Positions 61,514 to 64,000 of a stretch of DNA of 64,000 nt are shown here, piece by piece (positions within the stretch are counted from its first letter, which is position 1; each line of letters begins with the position of its first letter). The notes beneath the pieces are model-generated. The model had not been told where the DNA came from. It saw only the letters and a list, made by a program, of their open reading frames with translations, and did not search any database. Position numbers and translations under genes: made by a program. The stretch lies in the NCBI RefSeq assembly GCF_963921235.1, contig NC_086104.1, positions 4,464,001 through 4,528,000 of the forward strand, read 5' to 3'. This DNA is from Mobula hypostoma (lineage: Eukaryota).

Positions 61514-61719
61514 AGAGGGAAGGAGCAGAGGCCCTATAAAGAAGGTGGGGGAGGGTGGGAAGGAGAAGGCTGGTAGGTTCCAGGTGAAAAACCAGTAAGG
61601 GGAAAGATAAAGGGGTCGGGGGGGGAAGCAGGGGGGGGATAGGCAGGAAAGGTGAAGAAGGAATAGGGGAAACACAATGGGTAGTAGAAGGAGGCAGAAC
61701 GATGAGGGATGTAGTAAGT

Positions 61720-63520
61720 AGATGGGGGAGGTGGCAGAGTGAAATAGGGATGTTACCATTTAATTCCACGATTGATGAAGGCCAATACACCGTATGCTTT
61801 CTTAACCACAGAGTCAACCTGCGCAGCTGCTTTGAGCATCCTATGGACTCGGAACCCAAGATCCCGCTGATCCTCCACACGGCCAAGAGTCTTACCACTA
61901 ATACTATATTCTGCCATCATATTTGTCCTACCAAAATGAACCACTTCACGCTTACCTGGGTTGAACTCCATCTGCCACTTCTCAGCCCAGTTTTGCATCC
62001 TTTCAATGTCCCGCTGTAACCTCTGACAGCCCTCCACACTATCCACAACACCCCCAACCTTTGTGTCAACAGCAAACTTACTAACCCATCCCTCCACTTC
62101 CTCATCCAGGTCATTTATAAAAGTCACAAAGAGTAAGGGTTCCAGAACAGATCCCTGAGGCACTCCACTGGTCACCGACCTCCATGCAGAATATGACCTG
62201 TCTACAACCACTCTTTGCCTTCTGTGGGCAAGCCAGTTCTGGATCCACAAAGCAATGTCCCTTTGGATCCCATGTCTCCTTACTTTCTCAATAAGACTTG
62301 CATAGGGTACCTTATCAAATGCATTGCTGAAATCCATATACACTACATCTACTGCTCTTCCTTCATCAATGTGTTTAGACACATCCTCAAAAAATTCAAT
62401 CAGGCTCGTAAGGCACAATCTGACCTTGACAAAGCAATGCTGGCTATTCCTAATCATATTACCCCTCTCCAAATGTTCATAAATCCTGCCTCTCAGGATC
62501 TTCTCCAACAATTTCCCAACCACTGAGGTAAGACTCACCGGTCTATAATTTGCTGGGTTATCTCTACTCCCTCTCATGAATAAGAGAACAACATCCGCAA
62601 CCCTTCAATCCTTTGGAACCTCTCCTGTTCCCATTGATGATGCAAAGATGTTGCCAGAGGCTCCTCCCTTGCATCTCACAGTAGCCTGAGGTACACCTCA
62701 TCCGGTCCCGGCGAATTATCCAACCTGATGCTTTCCAAAAGCACCAGCACATCCTCTTTCTTAATATTTACATGCTCAAGCTTTTCAGTCTGCTGCAAGT
62801 CATCACTACAATCACCAAGATCCTTTTCCATAGTGAACACTGAAGTAAAGTTTTCATTAAATACCCCTGCTATTTCCTCCGGTTCCATACACACTTTCAC
62901 ACTGTCACACTTGATAGGTCCTTTCACATCTTTCCTCTTGCTGTTCACATAGTTGTAGAATGCCTTGGGGTTTTCCTTAATCATGCCTGCCAAGGCCTTC
63001 TCATGGCCCATTCTGGCTCTCCTAATTTCTTTCTTAAGCTCCTTCCTGTTAGCCTTCTAGATCGCTAACATTTCCTAGCTCTTTGAACCTTTTGTAAGCT
63101 TCTCTTTTCTTCTTGACTAGATTTAGACAATATACAATAGACAATAAGTGCAGGAGTAGGCCATTCGGCCCTTCGAGCCAACACTGCCATTCACTTTGAT
63201 CATGGCTGATCATCCACAATCAGTACCCCGTTCCTGCCTTCTCCCCATATCCCTTGACTCTGCTGTCATTAAGAGCTCTATCTAACTCTTTCTTGAAAGC
63301 ATCTAGAGAACTGGCCTCAACTGCCTTCTGAGGCAGAGCATTCCACAGATCCACAACTCTCTGGGTGAAAAAGGTTTTCCTCAACTCCATTCTAAATGGC
63401 CAACCCCTTATACTCAAATTGTGGCCTCTGGTTTGGACTGCCCCAAAATCGGGAACATGTTTCCTGCCTCTAGCGTGTCCAATCCCTTAATAATCTTATA
63501 TGTTTCAATCTAGAGCCTTT
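61720..63520 (-). mobile_element. CR1 RT fragment plus a separate CR1 3' end
   Basis: ORFs 61753-62577 and 62676-63011; 3' end 63130-63510. Confidence 0.88.
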
Positions 63521-63611
63521 GTACACCACGGTTCCTGTACCCTACCATAACTTCCCTGACTGATTGCAACATACCTATGCAGAACTCCACACAGATGTTT
63601 TTTTTAATATA

Positions 63612-63916
63612 TAGGTATCCGTTAGTCTCATGAGACGATGGATTTGCGCATTGAAAAGTTTCCAGGGTGCAGGCCTGGGCAAGGTTGTATGGAAGACCAG
63701 CAGTTGCCCATGCTGCAAGTCTCCCCTCTCTACGCCACCGATGTTGTCCAAGGGAAGGGCATTAGGACCCATACAGCTTGGCACCGGTGTCATTGCAGAG
63801 CAATGTGTGGTTAAATGCCTTGTTCAAGGACACACACGCTGCCTCAGCCAAGGCTCAAACTAGCGACCTTCAGATCACTAGACAAACACCTTAACCACTT
63901 GGCCACGTGCCAACAC
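63612..63916 (-). mobile_element. tRNA-derived SINE
   Basis: Head gtgttggcacgTGGCCAAGTGGttaagg..GGTCGCTAGTTTGAGCC (A and B boxes), then gtgtccttgaacaaggcatttaaccac. Confidence 0.75.
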
Positions 63917-64000
63917 ACCCACACAAATATCCCCTGAATGTTCGCCACATTTCTTCCGTCCATTTCCCTGAGAACATCTGTTCCCAATTTAAGCTTCCAA

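Noticed and set aside
1-64000. CRISPR arrays, rRNA or true tRNA genes, prokaryotic operons
   Set aside because: None seen; tRNA-like boxes belong to SINE heads and the sequence is vertebrate genomic DNA.

Overview
Vertebrate genomic DNA, most likely a cartilaginous fish (ray/shark; inferred from the CR1, V-SINE, Rex1 and Penelope-like repeat families). The large majority of the window is transposon debris: at least three CR1 LINE subfamilies (often nested), a decayed L1, Rex1/Babar tails, solo LTRs, an endogenous retrovirus fragment, Tc1/mariner pieces, SINEs and Penelope-like fragments carrying minimal hammerhead-ribozyme motifs. Two host-gene remnants sit in the unique sequence. (1) A minus-strand immunoglobulin-superfamily locus at 17565-29313. 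It has three antigen-receptor-like exons with V and J already joined in the germline (two open, one disrupted), one uncharged transmembrane exon, and small cytoplasmic exons. Spliced by hand at canonical AG/GT sites, these give a YENV motif and a complete ITAM (YMAL-x7-YGHL). No RSS, C1 exon or leader exon was found. This non-rearranging VJ receptor with its own ITAM is the main finding. (2) An orphan last exon of a CHRNA2/CHRNA4-type nicotinic receptor (12938-13076) with a broken splice acceptor and a 13-bp tandem duplication. All gene models are manual predictions without expression data, and repeat boundaries are approximate unless a TSD is cited.
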